From the NCBI RefSeq assembly GCF_963921235.1, contig NC_086101.1, positions 6,760,001 through 6,824,000 of the forward strand: a stretch of 64,000 nt of DNA, given 5' to 3'. The position numbers were made by a program, and so were the translations under genes. Shown here one piece after another: positions 35,268 through 48,385 of this stretch. The notes beneath the pieces were generated by a model. The model saw only the letters and a list, made by a program, of their open reading frames with translations, ran no database searches and was not told where the DNA came from. Each line of letters starts with the position of its first letter. Positions within the stretch are counted from its first letter, which is position 1. This DNA is from Mobula hypostoma. Its lineage: Eukaryota.

Positions 35268-35678
35268 CTTGTAAACTTCAACGGCTTCTTTAATCGGCAT
35301 GAAGTTGTGAGACTTGTGTTTCCGCGTATTTCTACAGATCAGACAGAGCAGTTTCCTGTCGGTCTCACAAAACAGCTTCAGTTCTTTCTTATGTTTCTCG
35401 CAGCGAAGTTTACTTTCCTTCCCTTTCGGATCCAAGTTTCGTTTTCGAGCTTTCTTAGACAGATTTGCTAAGGCCCGATTGACCCTGAGGGTGCGGTCTG
35501 CAATCTCCTCTCTACATTCCGGGCAGGAGTTTCTGTCCTCCCTTTTCCAACACCGTGTGATACAGGAGCGGCAGAAGTTGTGTCCACACTCCAGTGACAC
35601 CGGATCGGTGAAAAAATCCAGGCAAATGAGACAGATTACCTCCTCGGTTAAACTCTCGACCTGTCGTTTCGAAGCCAT
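35268..35678 (-). CDS. TRIM coding exon 1: C3HC4 RING and B-box 2 (137 aa)
   Basis: [44 protein letters not shown]...CPEC (RING); [32 protein letters not shown] (B-box); donor AAG|GTAAAA at 35268/35267. Confidence 0.96.
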
Positions 35679-35690
35679 ATTAATTCACGG

Positions 35691-35720
35691 CACTTCCTGG
35701 TTCAGGATCCTTTCACTTTC
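35691..35720 (-). promoter_or_regulatory. IRF-E/ISRE-like and ETS motifs immediately upstream of the TRIM ATG
   Basis: Minus strand GAAAGTGAAAG (35720-35710) and CAGGAAGTG (35699-35691). Confidence 0.45.
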
Positions 35721-36004
35721 GGGTGCTGCAGAACCCTTGCAGTCCGCTATTGTCCAGTAGGCGCGCTGCAGTCTCGGGAATGAACATAACGTTGCTGCAA
35801 GTGTTCTCTGGAAGGAATCGCGGCAATTTCCACGTCAGGGTGGGAACAGGAACACATAAAAGAGGTCTGAACATAAATGAACCCGTAGCGCGGTGCCTGG
35901 TTCAGTGTAAAGCAGAACTGAAAGGGAGAATTCCTGAAAAGCTAGACAACAGTTGGCCTGTTGTCCGACCCTGCTCCTGGGTGCTTCTGCCCCACTGATC
36001 TCGT

Positions 36005-36797
36005 GTCCTCAAACATATCTTTACCTCCTCCTTTCTCTACTTTCTGCAGGGATCACTCCCTCCATGACTCCCTTGTCCATTCTCCTTCTCCACTAATCAC
36101 ACTCCTGATACTTACCCATGCAAGCGGCCAAAGTCCCTAGTCACTTCCTCCCTCACCTCCATTCAAAGACCCAAAAAGTCCTTCCAGGTGAGGCAACACT
36201 TCATCTGCTGGGGTCATTTATTTGGTCTGCCGCTCCCGATACAGTCTCCTCTACATTAATGTGACCTGTTGTAAACCGGGGACTGCATTGTCAAACATCT
36301 CTGCTCCATCTGCCAAAGATGGAACTTCCTGGTGGCCAAACATTTTAATTCCAATTGGCAATCCCAATCCAATCTGTCAGTCCATGGCCTTCTCTTGTTG
36401 GAACAAAAAACACCGTGTATTATGTCTGGGTAGCCTCCAACCTGATGGCATGAATTTTATTTCTGCTTTCAGAAAAAAATTCCGTCGCCCTCCCCTCTTC
36501 ATTTATTCCCCACTCTGGCCTCTTACCTTCGCCTACCTGACTATCATCTCCCCCTGCGTCCCCTCCTCCTGCCCCTTCTCCTTTGGTCCATTCTGCTCTC
36601 GTATCAGAGTCCTCTTCTCCAACCCTTTGTCTTTCCAACCTACCTGGCTTCACCTATCAGTTTCCAGCTATCTTCCTTTCCCTCCTCCCACCTATTTTAT
36701 TCTAGGGACTTCCCCCTTCCTTTCCAGTTCTGAAGAAGGATCTCGGCCCGAAATGTCATTTCCATAGATGCAGTCTGACCTGCTGAGTTCATCCAGT
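36005..36797 (+). mobile_element. Penelope-like element, heavily decayed
   Basis: CLGSLQPDGMNF; cttccaggtgaggcaacacttca; decayed hammerhead at 36726-36757. Confidence 0.75.
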
Positions 36798-38145
36798 ATA
36801 GAACTAAGAAAATCTACAGCACATTACAGGCCCTTCGGCCCACATCGTTGTGCCCCCCCCCCCATATGACATACTCTAGAAGCTGCCTGGAATTTCCCTA
36901 CAGCGTAGCACGCTATTTTTTCTAAGCTCCATGTACCAATCTAAAAGATTTTTAAAAGACCTTATTGTACCTGGCTCCACCACCTTCACTGGCAATGCAT
37001 TCCACGCACCCACCACTCTCTGTGTGAAAAACTTATCCCTGACATCCCCTTCTACCTACTTCCAAGCACCTTAAAACTATGTCCCCTTGTGTTAGCCATT
37101 TCAGTCCTGGGTAAGGCCTCTGACTATCCACATAATCAATGCCCCTCATCAGCATATACACCTCTATCAGGTAACTTTTCATCCTCCGTGGCTCCTCGGA
37201 GAAAAAGCCAAATTCAGTCAATCTATTCTCATAAGGCACACTCTCCAATCCAAGCAAATTCCATGTAAATCTCCTCTGCGCTCTCTCTATAGTATCCGCA
37301 TCATTCCTGTCATGAGATGACCAGAACTGACCACAGTATTCTCAGTGGGGTCTGACCAAGGTCTGATACAGCTGTAACATTACCTCACAGCTCTTGAACT
37401 CAATCCCACAGTGGATGAACCTTATTAACTACACTGTCAACCTCCGCAGCATCTTTGAGTGTCCTATCCACACAGACCCCAAGATCTCGCTGATTCTCCA
37501 CACTGCTAAGAGTTTTACCATTTATATTATATTCTGTCTTCAAATTTGATGTACAGAAATGAACAATTTCACTCTTATCTGAATCGAACTCCATCTGCTA
37601 CTTCTCAGCCCAGTTCTGCATCCTATCGATGTCCCGCTGTAACCTCTGACAACCTTCTAGACTATTCACAACATCCCCAACTTTTGTGTCATCAACAAAC
37701 TTACTAAACCACCCTTCTACTTATTCATCCAGTTTATTTATAAAAATCACGAAGAGAAGAGGTCCAAGAACAGATCCCTGCAGAACACCACTGGTCTCTG
37801 TCCTCCATGCAGAATACGAACTATCCACAATCACTCTTTGCCTTCTGTGGTTAAGCCAATTCATGATCCACAAAGCAAGGTCCCCTTGGATCCCATGCCT
37901 CATTACTTTCTGAATGAGCTTCGGATGGGGACCCTCATCGAATGCCTTACTGAAATCCATATACACTACATCCACTGCTCCACCTTCATCACTGTGTTTT
38001 GTTACATCCCCAAAGAATTCCATCAGGTTCATGAGGCATGACCTGCCCTTGACAAAACCAGGCAGACTATCTCTGATCAGATTACGTCTCTGCAAATGCT
38101 CATAAATCCTGCCTCTCAGGACCTTCTCCAACAACTTGCCCACCG
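36798..38145 (-). mobile_element. CR1 LINE RT and 3' end
   Basis: GKLLEKVLR..FVKGRSCLMNL..YMDFSKAFD..SGVLQGSVLGPLLFVIFIN. Confidence 0.87.
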
Positions 38146-38184
38146 CTGCGAAAAGGGGATGGGATGGTGAAGGAGAAGTGGGGG

Positions 38185-38692
38185 GCATTACCACGGCCTC
38201 CTCCACAGCTGAGATGAATCCACGATTAGGTTGGAGGAACAACACTTTATATTCTGTCTAAGTAGCCTCTAACCTAATGGCATTAACATCGATTTCTCGA
38301 ACTTCCGGTAATGTCCCCAACCCCCTGCCCTTCACCATTCCCCATCCCCTGTTTCCCTCTCTCATCTTATCTCCTTTGTCCCCCATCGCCTCCGTCTGGT
38401 GCTCCTCCCCATATACTTTCTTCCATGGCCTTCTGTCTCTTCTATCAGACTCCCCCTTCTCCAGCCCTGTATCTCTTTCTCCGATCAACTTCCCAGCTCT
38501 TTACTTCATCCTTCCCGCTTCAGGTTACTCCTATCACCGTGTATTTCTCTCTCCTTCCCCCACTTTTAAAATCTACTCCTCAGCTTTTCCTCCCAGTCCT
38601 GCCGGAGGGTCTCTGCCCGAAATGTCGACTCTACTTTTTTTGTGGATGCTCCCTGACTTACTGAGTTCCTTCAGCATTTTGTGTGTCTTGTG
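38185..38692 (+). mobile_element. Penelope-like element 3' end
   Basis: ggttggaggaacaacactttatattc (GIY-YIG C-terminus), UTR and decayed hammerhead at 38595-38630. Confidence 0.75.
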
Positions 38693-38792
38693 CCGTGTAC
38701 ATCGAGTCCTTCCTGGTGACTTGTGGTCAAAGGTGTTGGTCTGGAGGAACTGTGCCCGAGTTCATTAACTCAAAGTTCACATGCACAGGCGA

Positions 38793-40900
38793 TTTTTTAA
38801 ATTTCAGAATATACTTTATTCAAAAATAAATTGTATACAATAAACCGTTCAATAACTTTCCATCCTTTACATACGTTTCCATTATCGTCAGTACATATCC
38901 ATACTTTTGGCCACCCACGTGGCACTCCAGTTGTTCACCTTACCACATCCTTGTTGAGGGGTATACTCCCCGCCACCCGATCCCTCCCACTCCCGTGGGT
39001 GAAGAAACCTACACCGTGGTCCTCCCCACCGGGTTCTTGCAGTGAGTGCACCAAATTTCAGTGCGTCCCTCAGCACGTACTCCTGCAGCCGAGAATCTGC
39101 CAGTCGGCAGTATTCTCCCACGGACATCTCCATGTGCTGGTAGATCATCAAGTTTCGGGCCGACCAAAGAGCGTCTTTCACCGAGTTGATGATCTGCCAG
39201 CAGCACCGGATGTTGGTCTCCGTGTGCGTCCCCGGGAACAGCCCCTAGATCAGAGAGTCCTCTGTTACTCAGCTGCTGGGGATAAACCGTGACACTAGAC
39301 CGTCCATCCTCCTCCACACCCTCTCTGCGAACTGACAGTATGCAAGGAGTTGGGTCACAGACTCCTCCTCACTACAGTCCTCCCGTGAGCAGTGGGGTGT
39401 GGAGACGACGGTCCGGGCGTACAGGAGGGATCTGACTGCGAGGGCCCCTCTCACTGCCAGCCAGGCGAGGTCCTGGTGCCTGTTGGTGAGATCTGGCGAT
39501 GAGGCATTTTGACAGATGAACTGGAGTGTCTGCTCAGGGAAACACCCCACTGTGTCCATCATGTCCTTCTCCTGCAGCGCCTGCAGGACATTACGTGCCG
39601 ACCACTGCCTGATGGCCCTGTGGTCAAAGGCGTTCTCCTGAAGTACTTTTCTACGAAGGACAGGTATGGCGGCAACGAGCAGCTGACTGGGGCGTTGGGC
39701 GGGCGTGGGGCCAGATCCATCCTTCGTAGCCAGGGCGACAGGTAGAACCTGGGCACATAGTGGTACTTGGTGCTCACATACCTGGGTTCTACACACAACC
39801 TGATGCAGCCTCACACGAAGCTGGTCATCAGGGCGAGGGTGAAATTGGGGACATTCTTGCCCCTATTGTCGAGGGACTTGTGCATGACGGCCCGTCTGAC
39901 CCGCTCCATCTTGGATCTCCAGGCGAATCTGAAGACAGCTCGGGTGATTTACGAACTGTAGGAGTGGGTGACGGGCCACACTTGCGCCAAGTACAGCAGC
40001 CCTGAGAGCCCCGCACACCTGATGACCAGGTTCTTGCCCGTTATCGATAGGGAGCGCCCTCCCCACAGTCCCCGTTTCTGTTTCACCTTGGCAGTCCGCT
40101 CCTGCCAGTTCTTGTTGCACGCCTCGGCCCCTCCGAACCAGATCCCTAACACCTTCACGTGGTCATACCTGATGGTGAAGGGGACGCTGGATCGGTCTGG
40201 CCAGTTGCCGAAGAGCATGGCTTCACTCTTCGTGCGGTTGAGCCTGGCCCCTGACGCTTGCTCGAGCTGTTCGCAGATGCCAATCAATCTGCGAACTGAC
40301 CTCGGATCAGAGCAGAAAACGGTGACGTCGTCCATGTACAGGGAGCTTTTCACTTGGGTACCTCCACTGCCTGGCAGAGTCACCCCTCTTATGCCCTCAT
40401 CCCTCCTGATGGCTTCCGCAAAGGGTTCTATGCAGCAGACAGACAAGACAGGGGAGAGGGGACAGACCTGCCTGTCTCCAGACCTGATGGAGAAGCTGTC
40501 TGTTTCCCACCCGTTGACCTGGAATGCACTACGGATGTCTGTGTAGTGCAGTCTGATCCAATTCCGGATTCCCTCCCCAAATCCCATTTTGGAGAGCACG
40601 TCCGCCATGTACGTGTGTGATATCCTGTCGAAGGCTTTCTCCTGGTCCAAGATGACCAGGCAGGCGGCCGGCCCCCTGTCCTGCACGTAGGCGATGGTGT
40701 CCCTCAGCAGCGCGAGGCTGTCTGAGATCTTCCTGCCCGGTACAGCACAGGTTTGGTCCGGGTGGATCACCTGTCCCAGAGCAGACTTGACCCTGTTGGC
40801 GATAGCCTTGGACAGGATCTTGTAATCCACATTCAGGAGAGAGATGTGCCTCCAATTTCTAATGTCTTCCCTTTCCCCCTTCTGCTTGTAGATGAGGGTC
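38793..40900 (-). mobile_element. Tx1/L1-clade LINE, 5'-truncated ORF2 (RT and C-terminal zinc knuckle)
   Basis: NWRHISLLNVDYKILSKAIANRVK..DQTCAVPGR..LDQEKAFDRISH..LSPVL..LYMDDV; HCSREDCSEEESVTQLLAYC; AATAAA and A-rich end near 38793-38820. Confidence 0.9.
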
Positions 40901-42244
40901 AGTTGTTAGTGTTGACCGTTTCCTTTGCAGCGGCTGAATCACTGTGTTCCCAGACTTATGTACCTTTTACCCTCTCAGTCTGTGATGCCCCCTCCCTGGT
41001 AAGGAGACAGGGGGTGTGGACCAGAGTAATTCCCCACAACTCCTGCGGGACAGTGGGGAGAAGTGAGTGCGCACTTATCATTTGTTGACACACTTCGTCC
41101 CGACGGGGGGAAAGCAGAGTGAGAGAGCGAATAACTTGAGCAATTCCCCCACCTACTGGCCGCACAGGGAAATACACCTTCTCCTGCAGACGCCCAGAGT
41201 TGTCTGCAAAAGTAAAGGTGAGCCAGAAAGGATTTTAGAAAGATCTGCAGATCAAAAGTGTAACTGAGGAGATAAAAGTTCCCCTAAATGATCAGTGTCT
41301 GTGTGGAACCATGGGAGATTGGTGAGACCTGATGACTTGCCTATGATTAAAGTGAAAGTGGGGAATTTATTGAAGTTTCCAACATCTACATTTGTGCCTG
41401 ATGTGATATTCTGGTGCTTCTGTAAAACCGTAGTTGATGTCCTGAATTCAGAACTCCGCAATTCCTACTGATGGATGTGAGAAAGTTCGGTTCATGGCTG
41501 TGCCGCGTTCAATCCGCGGATGGGGGCTAACAAGCAGCCGGAATATCTGAGCAGTTTCTCTTTCCTGCTGGGAACCGGTACTGCAGGAAGGGCAGGTTCA
41601 AAAGTCCAAGTAAATGTATTATCGAACTACGTATATGTCACGAGGTACGACCTTGAAATTCTTGTCAATGTTTACAGCAAAATAAACAAATATAATAGTA
41701 ATTCGTGAAAAAATCTACGTGAAGAACAGCAAGCAATCAATGTGCAATTGAAGGCAATTTCTGCAACCCGACATAGCGCATTAAAGCACAGAAACAGATA
41801 TTTCAGCCACCTAGTCCATGTCGAACTGTTATTCTGCCTGGTCAAATTGATCTTTACGCAGACAATATGTCACCATAACCTTCCTATGCATGTAGTTATC
41901 CAAACTTCAATATTGCAATTGAATTACTTCCACTGGCAGCTCATTTCATACTATGGCGATTTCCCTGTTCCTCGTTTCTGTGAAGACATTCCCCTTAAAT
42001 ATTTCACTCTTCACATTTAACCTATGAAATGTAGTTGTAGTCTCATCCAAACACAGTGGAAAAGCCTGCATGTATTTCCCCGATATGTACTGCGCTACTG
42101 ATAATTTTGTATATCTCTATCAAATCTTTCCTCATTCACCTAAGCTCCAGGGAGTTAAGTCCCCACATATTCAAACTTCTCTGTCACTCAGGTCCTCAAA
42201 ATCCTGCCAAAGGAGATTCCAAAAAAGATCCTGCCAAAGGAGAG

Positions 42245-43343
42245 GTCATCAATGTTGGAGATAACTACATAGCAGACGGTGTGGCCTGAAATAAATACTT
42301 CTCATCTGTATTTACTGTGGAGAAGCTGGGGAAATCAGGGAGGAGAATATTAATCCTCAGGAACGTAATGGCGCTACAAAGGAGCCTGGCCAGCTTAAAC
42401 ACATAAATCTGATAAATGCCGAGAGTCTGACCCAGTGTGTCCTCTGACATGATGGGAATGCAGGGAAAAAATTGCTGGGTCCCTGACTGTGATATTTCCA
42501 ACATTGAACATAGAACAGAGGGTGTGGTGTACTTAGAATTTCTGAAGGCCTTTGACAAGCTGCCACACGTGAGGCTGTTTAGCAAGATAAGAGCCCTTGG
42601 AATTACAGCGGAGTTACTAGCATGGGTGGAACTTTGACTGATCAGCAGAAAACACATAGTGGGAATAAAGGGATCCTATTCTGGCTGACTGCCGGTTACC
42701 AGTGGAGTTCCACTGACCCGCTGTTGGGACAGCTGCTTTTTACAATGTATGTCAATGATTTGGACTGTGAGATTAATTGATTTGTGGCTAAATTTGCCGA
42801 TGATACAAAGGTAGGTGGAGGAGCGGGTAGTGTTGAAGAAACAGACAGCCTGCAGAGAGACTTGGGTAATTTAGGGGAATGTGCAAAGAAGTTGCAAATG
42901 AAATACAATGTAGGAAAGTGTATGGCCATGTACTTTGGTGGAAGAAATAAATGGGCAGATTATTATTTAGGTGGGAGAGAATTCAAAATGCAGATATGCA
43001 AAGCGATTTGGGAGTCCTTGTGCAGGATACCCTAAAGGTTAACCTCCAGGTTGAGTCGGTGGTGAAGAAGGCGAATACAATGTTGGCATTCATTTCGAGA
43101 GGTATAGAATATAAGAGCAGGGATGTGATGTTGAGGCTTTAGAAGGCAATCGTGAGAGCACACTTGGGAATATTGTGTGTAGTTTTGGGCTCCTTATTTT
43201 AGAAAGGATATGCTGACATTGGAGAAGGCTCATAGAAGATTCACGAGAATGATTCCAGGAATGAAAGGCTTACCGTATGAGGAATGTCTTGCAGCTCTTG
43301 GACTGTATTCCCTAGAGTTGAGGAGAATGAGGGGGGATCTCAT
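42245..43343 (+). mobile_element. CR1 LINE RT fragment
   Basis: VYLEFLKAFDKLPH; AKFADDTKVGG; KKANTMLAFISRGIEYKSR. Confidence 0.85.
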
Positions 43344-43344
43344 T

Positions 43345-43867
43345 GTTAAGGATCCGGCCTGAACACTGGGTCGAAGAGCCTCTGCTGGTAGCTCTGGATC
43401 ACGACAGTCTTTAATTTCTGTTTTCTTTCACCTGGCCATGTGGGTTCTGGCCCAGCCCCTTTCCTTTTTGGACTTCATCCAATTACCTGCTTGTCTCCTC
43501 ATTTGCACCCAGCTGTTTCTAATTTTCACTCATTGCCCTGGTCATTTAACCCCCGCCTTGACTAGCGTTCTCTGCCAGTTCGTCCCAGTTCTGACCTGTG
43601 TCATTCTAGCCTGTCGTTGCGACTTCAGTCAACCGAGTTTTCCTGATTCTGTGTTTTGGATTTTGCCCGTTCTTGGACCTGATTTTTGCCTGTGCGCGCT
43701 GGTCTGCCTGCCCTCGCCTGACTGCCTTTCCTGGTTAAGACCTCTGCCTGCCATTTTGGATTCGTGCCTGCTTTCAGTTTTTGAAAGACTGTTGCCTTTG
43801 TGCTCCATAATAATCCTGGTGAAATAGTATTCATTGGTCCGCACTTGAGTCCCGCCGAAATCCGGCA
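43345..43867 (+). mobile_element. Probable Gypsy-type solo LTR
   Basis: Starts TGTTAAGG exactly where the CR1 breaks off; TATA-like catttaa, pyrimidine-rich body with tgttttggattttgccc, ends cttgagtcc...ggCA; no ORF. Confidence 0.45.
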
Positions 43868-44569
43868 GAACTCTACAGCTGTGCAAAGTTGGATCTCACT
43901 AATAAGTCGATCGTTCACCATCGACCTCCTCCGATCGTCGCTGTCCTTCGGGCCCTCTACCCCGTCCGGCGGTCTACCAAATCTCTCCCATCGGGTCTTC
44001 TCTCCTCATCTCTCCCCCGGGAGGACCACAAAAACTCTCCTTCCAGATTCACAGGACAGAGCAGCAACCTCCTGATTATCTAACATGCATACGACCGTCC
44101 TGTTGTCTCCAGCCATAAGCCAAACATTGCTGCCACAGAGAAACCGTTACCTCAGCAGTGAACATTACAGAGAAGCCATTTAATTAGTCTTAGTAGTGAA
44201 AAATTACAGAAAAGCCATTACATTAGCAGTGAATCCTTACATCATGTTACATGCCATTATCATTATTGATCATTTCCTGAATCTTATTTGCCACTGATAA
44301 TTTGTAACTTGTGTTGCCCTTCTTATTTCTTCGCTCAACCTCTCTGTACACTCTTGATGTTACTGAGTGACCTCTGCAGTCTTCAGTGCTCTTTCCCTAC
44401 CACATGCTTATTACTATATCAGTCAATCTATCAACACCCCTTGACATCCAGAGTTCCCTGGACCTGCTTTTCTTGTCCTTCTTGCTGACAAGGATTCAGT
44501 GATCCTAAACTCTCAGTACTTCACGTTGAAGTGGCTCTCATTTCCCCAATGTAGATGTACCTGCAGGGA

Positions 44570-46446
44570 CAGTATGTTGAAAAAGTATTCAGACTGCCCA
44601 GCTACTTTCACATGTTATTGCCTCATTTTCTCAATATATTGAAGTAGGATTTTTGAGCTAATCGACAAAAAGTGTTCGTTATGTAAAATGAAATAAAAAA
44701 TTCCAAAAACCTTTCAATAAAACCAATACTTTTAAGCTGTAAACGTATCCATGTCCAATGTAATTATAACACTAACTTTCCTTAGCTGCAATATACTGTT
44801 TTAACTAAACAACTCACCCAATTTGCTGATGTGGAAAATTGGAGCATCACCTGCTTGCAGCAAGTTCAAAAGCATCAACACCTCATCTCTCTGTAAAGTC
44901 CAAGGTATGGTAGATTTTCAACGAACCAAACCAAAATGAAGATAAAAGAACATTCAAGCCAGTTCAGGCAAATGATGATAGAGAAGTACAAATCTGAGGA
45001 AGGGTACAAGACCATCTCAAAAATAAAAATTGTTAAATATATGAAACCAAGCCACACTGCGGTCGTCAGGCCGCCCCTCTAAACTTTGTCACTGGAGAAG
45101 AATGAGGCCATTGTGACACTAACAGTCACTCTGAGTGAAGTGCAGATGTCAATGGCTGCAACTGAAGATGGATTTCCTGGTTTCACAATCTCTATCTCTG
45201 AAGAAATATTTTATTAATGGAAGAATGGCAAGAAGGAATCTCTGGTTTAAAAAATAATATACTTTGCAAAGAGACACTTAGAAGATACTGTAAAGATGTG
45301 GAATAAATTAGATTAGATTAGATTATTGCCATTTAGTAATGCATGCAATGTTCCTCCAGTGTGATATCACAGAAACACAAGACAGACCAAGACTGAAAAA
45401 CTGACAAAAAACACTTAATTATAACATAATGTTACAACAGTGCAAGCAATACCGTAATTTGATAGAAAAACAGACATGGACACGGTAAAAAAAAAAGTCT
45501 CAAATTCTCTCGAAAGTCCCAAATCTCACGCAGACGGTAGAAGAAGGAAATTCTCCCTGCCATGAGCTTCCGGCGCTGCAAACTTGCCGATGCAGCATCT
45601 TGGAAGCACCTGATCACAGACAGACTCTCAGTCCGTCCGAAAAATTCGAGCATCCGACCAGCCCTCCGTTATGCTGGTCTGATGAGACTAAGGTGGAATA
45701 TTTTGGCCTCAACTCTAAGCGGTAAGTGTGATGTAAATCTGATACTGCGCATCAGCCAGGTAATAGCTTTCCTACTGTAAAGTACGGTGGAGTTAGCATC
45801 ATGCTAGGGGATACTTCTCACCTGCGGAGAAAGGAAATCTAGTCAGGATTGATGGAAGATAAATGCTGCCAAATACTGAGAGAGCCTGGATAAAAAATAA
45901 AAAAAAAAACCTGCTAGGATGCTTAAACTGGTGAGGAAGTAAGTCTTTCAGCAAGAGAATAATCTGAAGCACACTGCCAGAGCAACCATAGAGTGGATTC
46001 ACATGGACAAAAGCTTGATTTCCTTGAATCGCCCAGTCAGTGTCCTGAACTTAACCGAGATATCTCTGGCAGCACCTCAGAATTGTTGTCCTGCTAACTC
46101 GGAAGAGCTTGAGCAATATTAAAGAGAGGAATTGATAGGTCATGCTTCATCATGTTGTGTAAAACAAAGAGAGTGTTATCTAAAATAACTACTGGCTGTG
46201 ATAGCAGTGAGAGATGATTCCACGAGGTGCTGAGCAAAGAGGATGAATACTTTTAAAAAGCTAATACCTCATTTCTAAAAAAAAGTTTCTCATGTTTTAC
46301 AATTTCCCTGTTGTTGTGCTCTACTGTATAAGTAAGAGCATAATATTGACCAATAAAGATTCGCAGTGAAAATGAGCAATATCTCTGGTTGTAATCCACA
46401 ATAATGTGAGCAAGGCTTGTGGGCTGAATACTTTTTCAAGGCATTG
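44570..46446 (+). mobile_element. Tc1/mariner DNA transposon, decayed, with both TIRs
   Basis: Left cagtatgttgaaaaagtattcag; right gggctgaatactttttcaaggcattg; transposase remnants MKIKEHSSQFRQMMIEKYKSEEGYKTISK, WSDETKVEYFG, PSQCPELN; interrupted by an insertion at about 45308-45668. Confidence 0.85.
45308..45668 (-). mobile_element. Non-coding retroelement family, copy 1 (5'-truncated), inside the Tc1
   Basis: Similar to 53186-53855 and 62118-62766; (ttaga)n tail. Confidence 0.8.
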
Positions 46447-48385
46447 CAACTTCTTCTCATCCACACTTGTCAGATGCTGTCTGTGATAACGCAATGAGCC
46501 ATAATTTCTAGACTACCCATCTTCCTGTCCCAGAACTGATTTGAAACATCTTGTGTTCTGTGCTGACGAGTCCCAAAGTTCTCATCCATTGATACCTTAC
46601 ATACCTCCGTGACCAATACTCAATGGGACCATCTCTCTGCTGGCACAGAAAGATCTCCAGGATCCATTAAAAAAATCTGCAATCCTAAAACACAAAGGTA
46701 ATCTGATTAAATATCTCAGCTCTTAAACATTTAAACCTTCTCACCTCTGTTGTTAAACTGATGCCCTCTTGTTTTTAAAGACATCCTTCCTGGGGAAACA
46801 ACTATGCTTTTACCTTATCCATGCTACTCATGATCTGATGCGGCACAACCTACTGAGTTCCTCCAGCATGTTGTGAGTGTTGTCATGATCTGATATACCA
46901 GCATCAGATCACCCCTCAATCCTTTACATTCCAGAGAGTATACAATTCTCTCGTACTTCAGGCCCCCAAGTCCAGCAACATAAACATAGAAATACAGAAA
47001 ACATACAGCATAATAAAGACCCTTCGGCCTACACAGTTATGCTGAACATATCCCTGCCTCAGAGCAACCAAGGCTTTACCCATAGCCCTCTATTTTTTCT
47101 AAGCTCCATATAGCCATCGGTGAGTCTCCTAAGAGACCTTATCTTTTTCGCCTCCACCACCGCAGCCGGCAGCCCATTCCACGCACTCACCACTCAATGC
47201 GTGGAAAAAAAAATACCCCTGCCATCTCCTCTGCACCTGCTTCCAAGCACCTTGAAACTATGCCCTCTCGTGATACCAATATCAGACTTGGGAAAAAGCC
47301 CCAGAATACCAATACAATCAATGCCTCGCATTATCTCGTAAACCCCTGTCAGGTCACCTCTCATCCTCCGTCGCCCCAAGGAGAAAAGGCCAAGTTCACT
47401 CAACCTATTCTCATAAGGTTTGCTCCCAATCCAGAAAACATCCTTGAAAATCTCAGTCTGCACCCTTTTCATGTTTTCCACGTCCTTCCTATAGTCAGGC
47501 GACCAGAAGAGAGCACAGTACTCCAAGTGGGATCTGACAAAGGTACTATACAGCTGCAACATTACATCTCCCCTCTTAAACTCAATCCCACGATTGATGA
47601 AGGCCAATGCACCTACCAAAATGAACTGCCTCACACTTTTCTGGGTTGAAATCCATCTGCCACTTCTCAGCCCAGTTGTGCATCCTATCAACATCTCGCT
47701 GTAACCTCCGACAGCCCTCCACACTATCCACAACACCCCCAACCTTTGTGTCATGAGCAAATTTACTAACCTGTCCCTCCACTTCCTCATCCAGGTCGCT
47801 TATACAAATCACAAATAGTAGGGGTCCCAGAACAGATTTCCAAAGCACACCACTGGTCACCGGCCTCCATGCAAAATATGATCCATCTACAACCACTATT
47901 TGAATTCTGTGGGCAAGCCAGTTCTTTTTCCACAAAGCAATATCCCCTTGGATCCCATGCCTCCCTTACTTTCTCAATAAGCCTTGCGTGGGATACCTTA
48001 TCAAATGCCTTTCTAAAATCCATATACACAACATCTAGGCTCTACCTTAATCAACATGTTTAGTCACATCCTCAAAGAAAAAATCAATCAGGTTCGTAAG
48101 GCACGACCTGCCTTTGACAAAGCCATGCTGACTATTCCTAATCATATTATGCCTCTCCAAATGTTCATAAATCCTGCCTCTCAGTATCTTCTCCATCAAT
48201 TTAACAACCACTGAAGTAAGACTCACTGGTCTGTAATTTCCTGGGCTGTCTCTACTCCCTTTCTTGAATAAGGGAACAGCCTCCAGTCCTCCGGAACCAC
48301 TCCCTTCTTCGTTGATGATGCAAAGATCATCGCCAGAGGCTCAACAACCTCCTCCCTCGTTTCTCACGGTAGCCTGGCGTACATC

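Larger units (their letters stand above)
14201..35678 (-). other. TRIM gene model (RING, B-box, coiled-coil, PRY/SPRY; TRIM27/TRIM39/A33-like), 6 coding exons, 471 aa
   Basis: Exons of 411+96+234+23+119+533 nt total 1416 nt and splice in frame through five GT-AG introns, from ATG at 35678 to TAA at 14201, with no internal stop. Domain order and exon sizes are typical of vertebrate B30.2 TRIMs. Confidence 0.93.

Noticed and set aside
35738..35770. CTCF site upstream of the TRIM ATG (tgcagtccg...tgtccagtaggcgcgc)
   Set aside because: The core deviates at the conserved GG(T/G)GGC positions; too weak to call.
43438..43827. 129-aa hydrophobic ORF as a membrane protein
   Set aside because: Lies within a pyrimidine-rich LTR-like insertion; composition explains the ORF.
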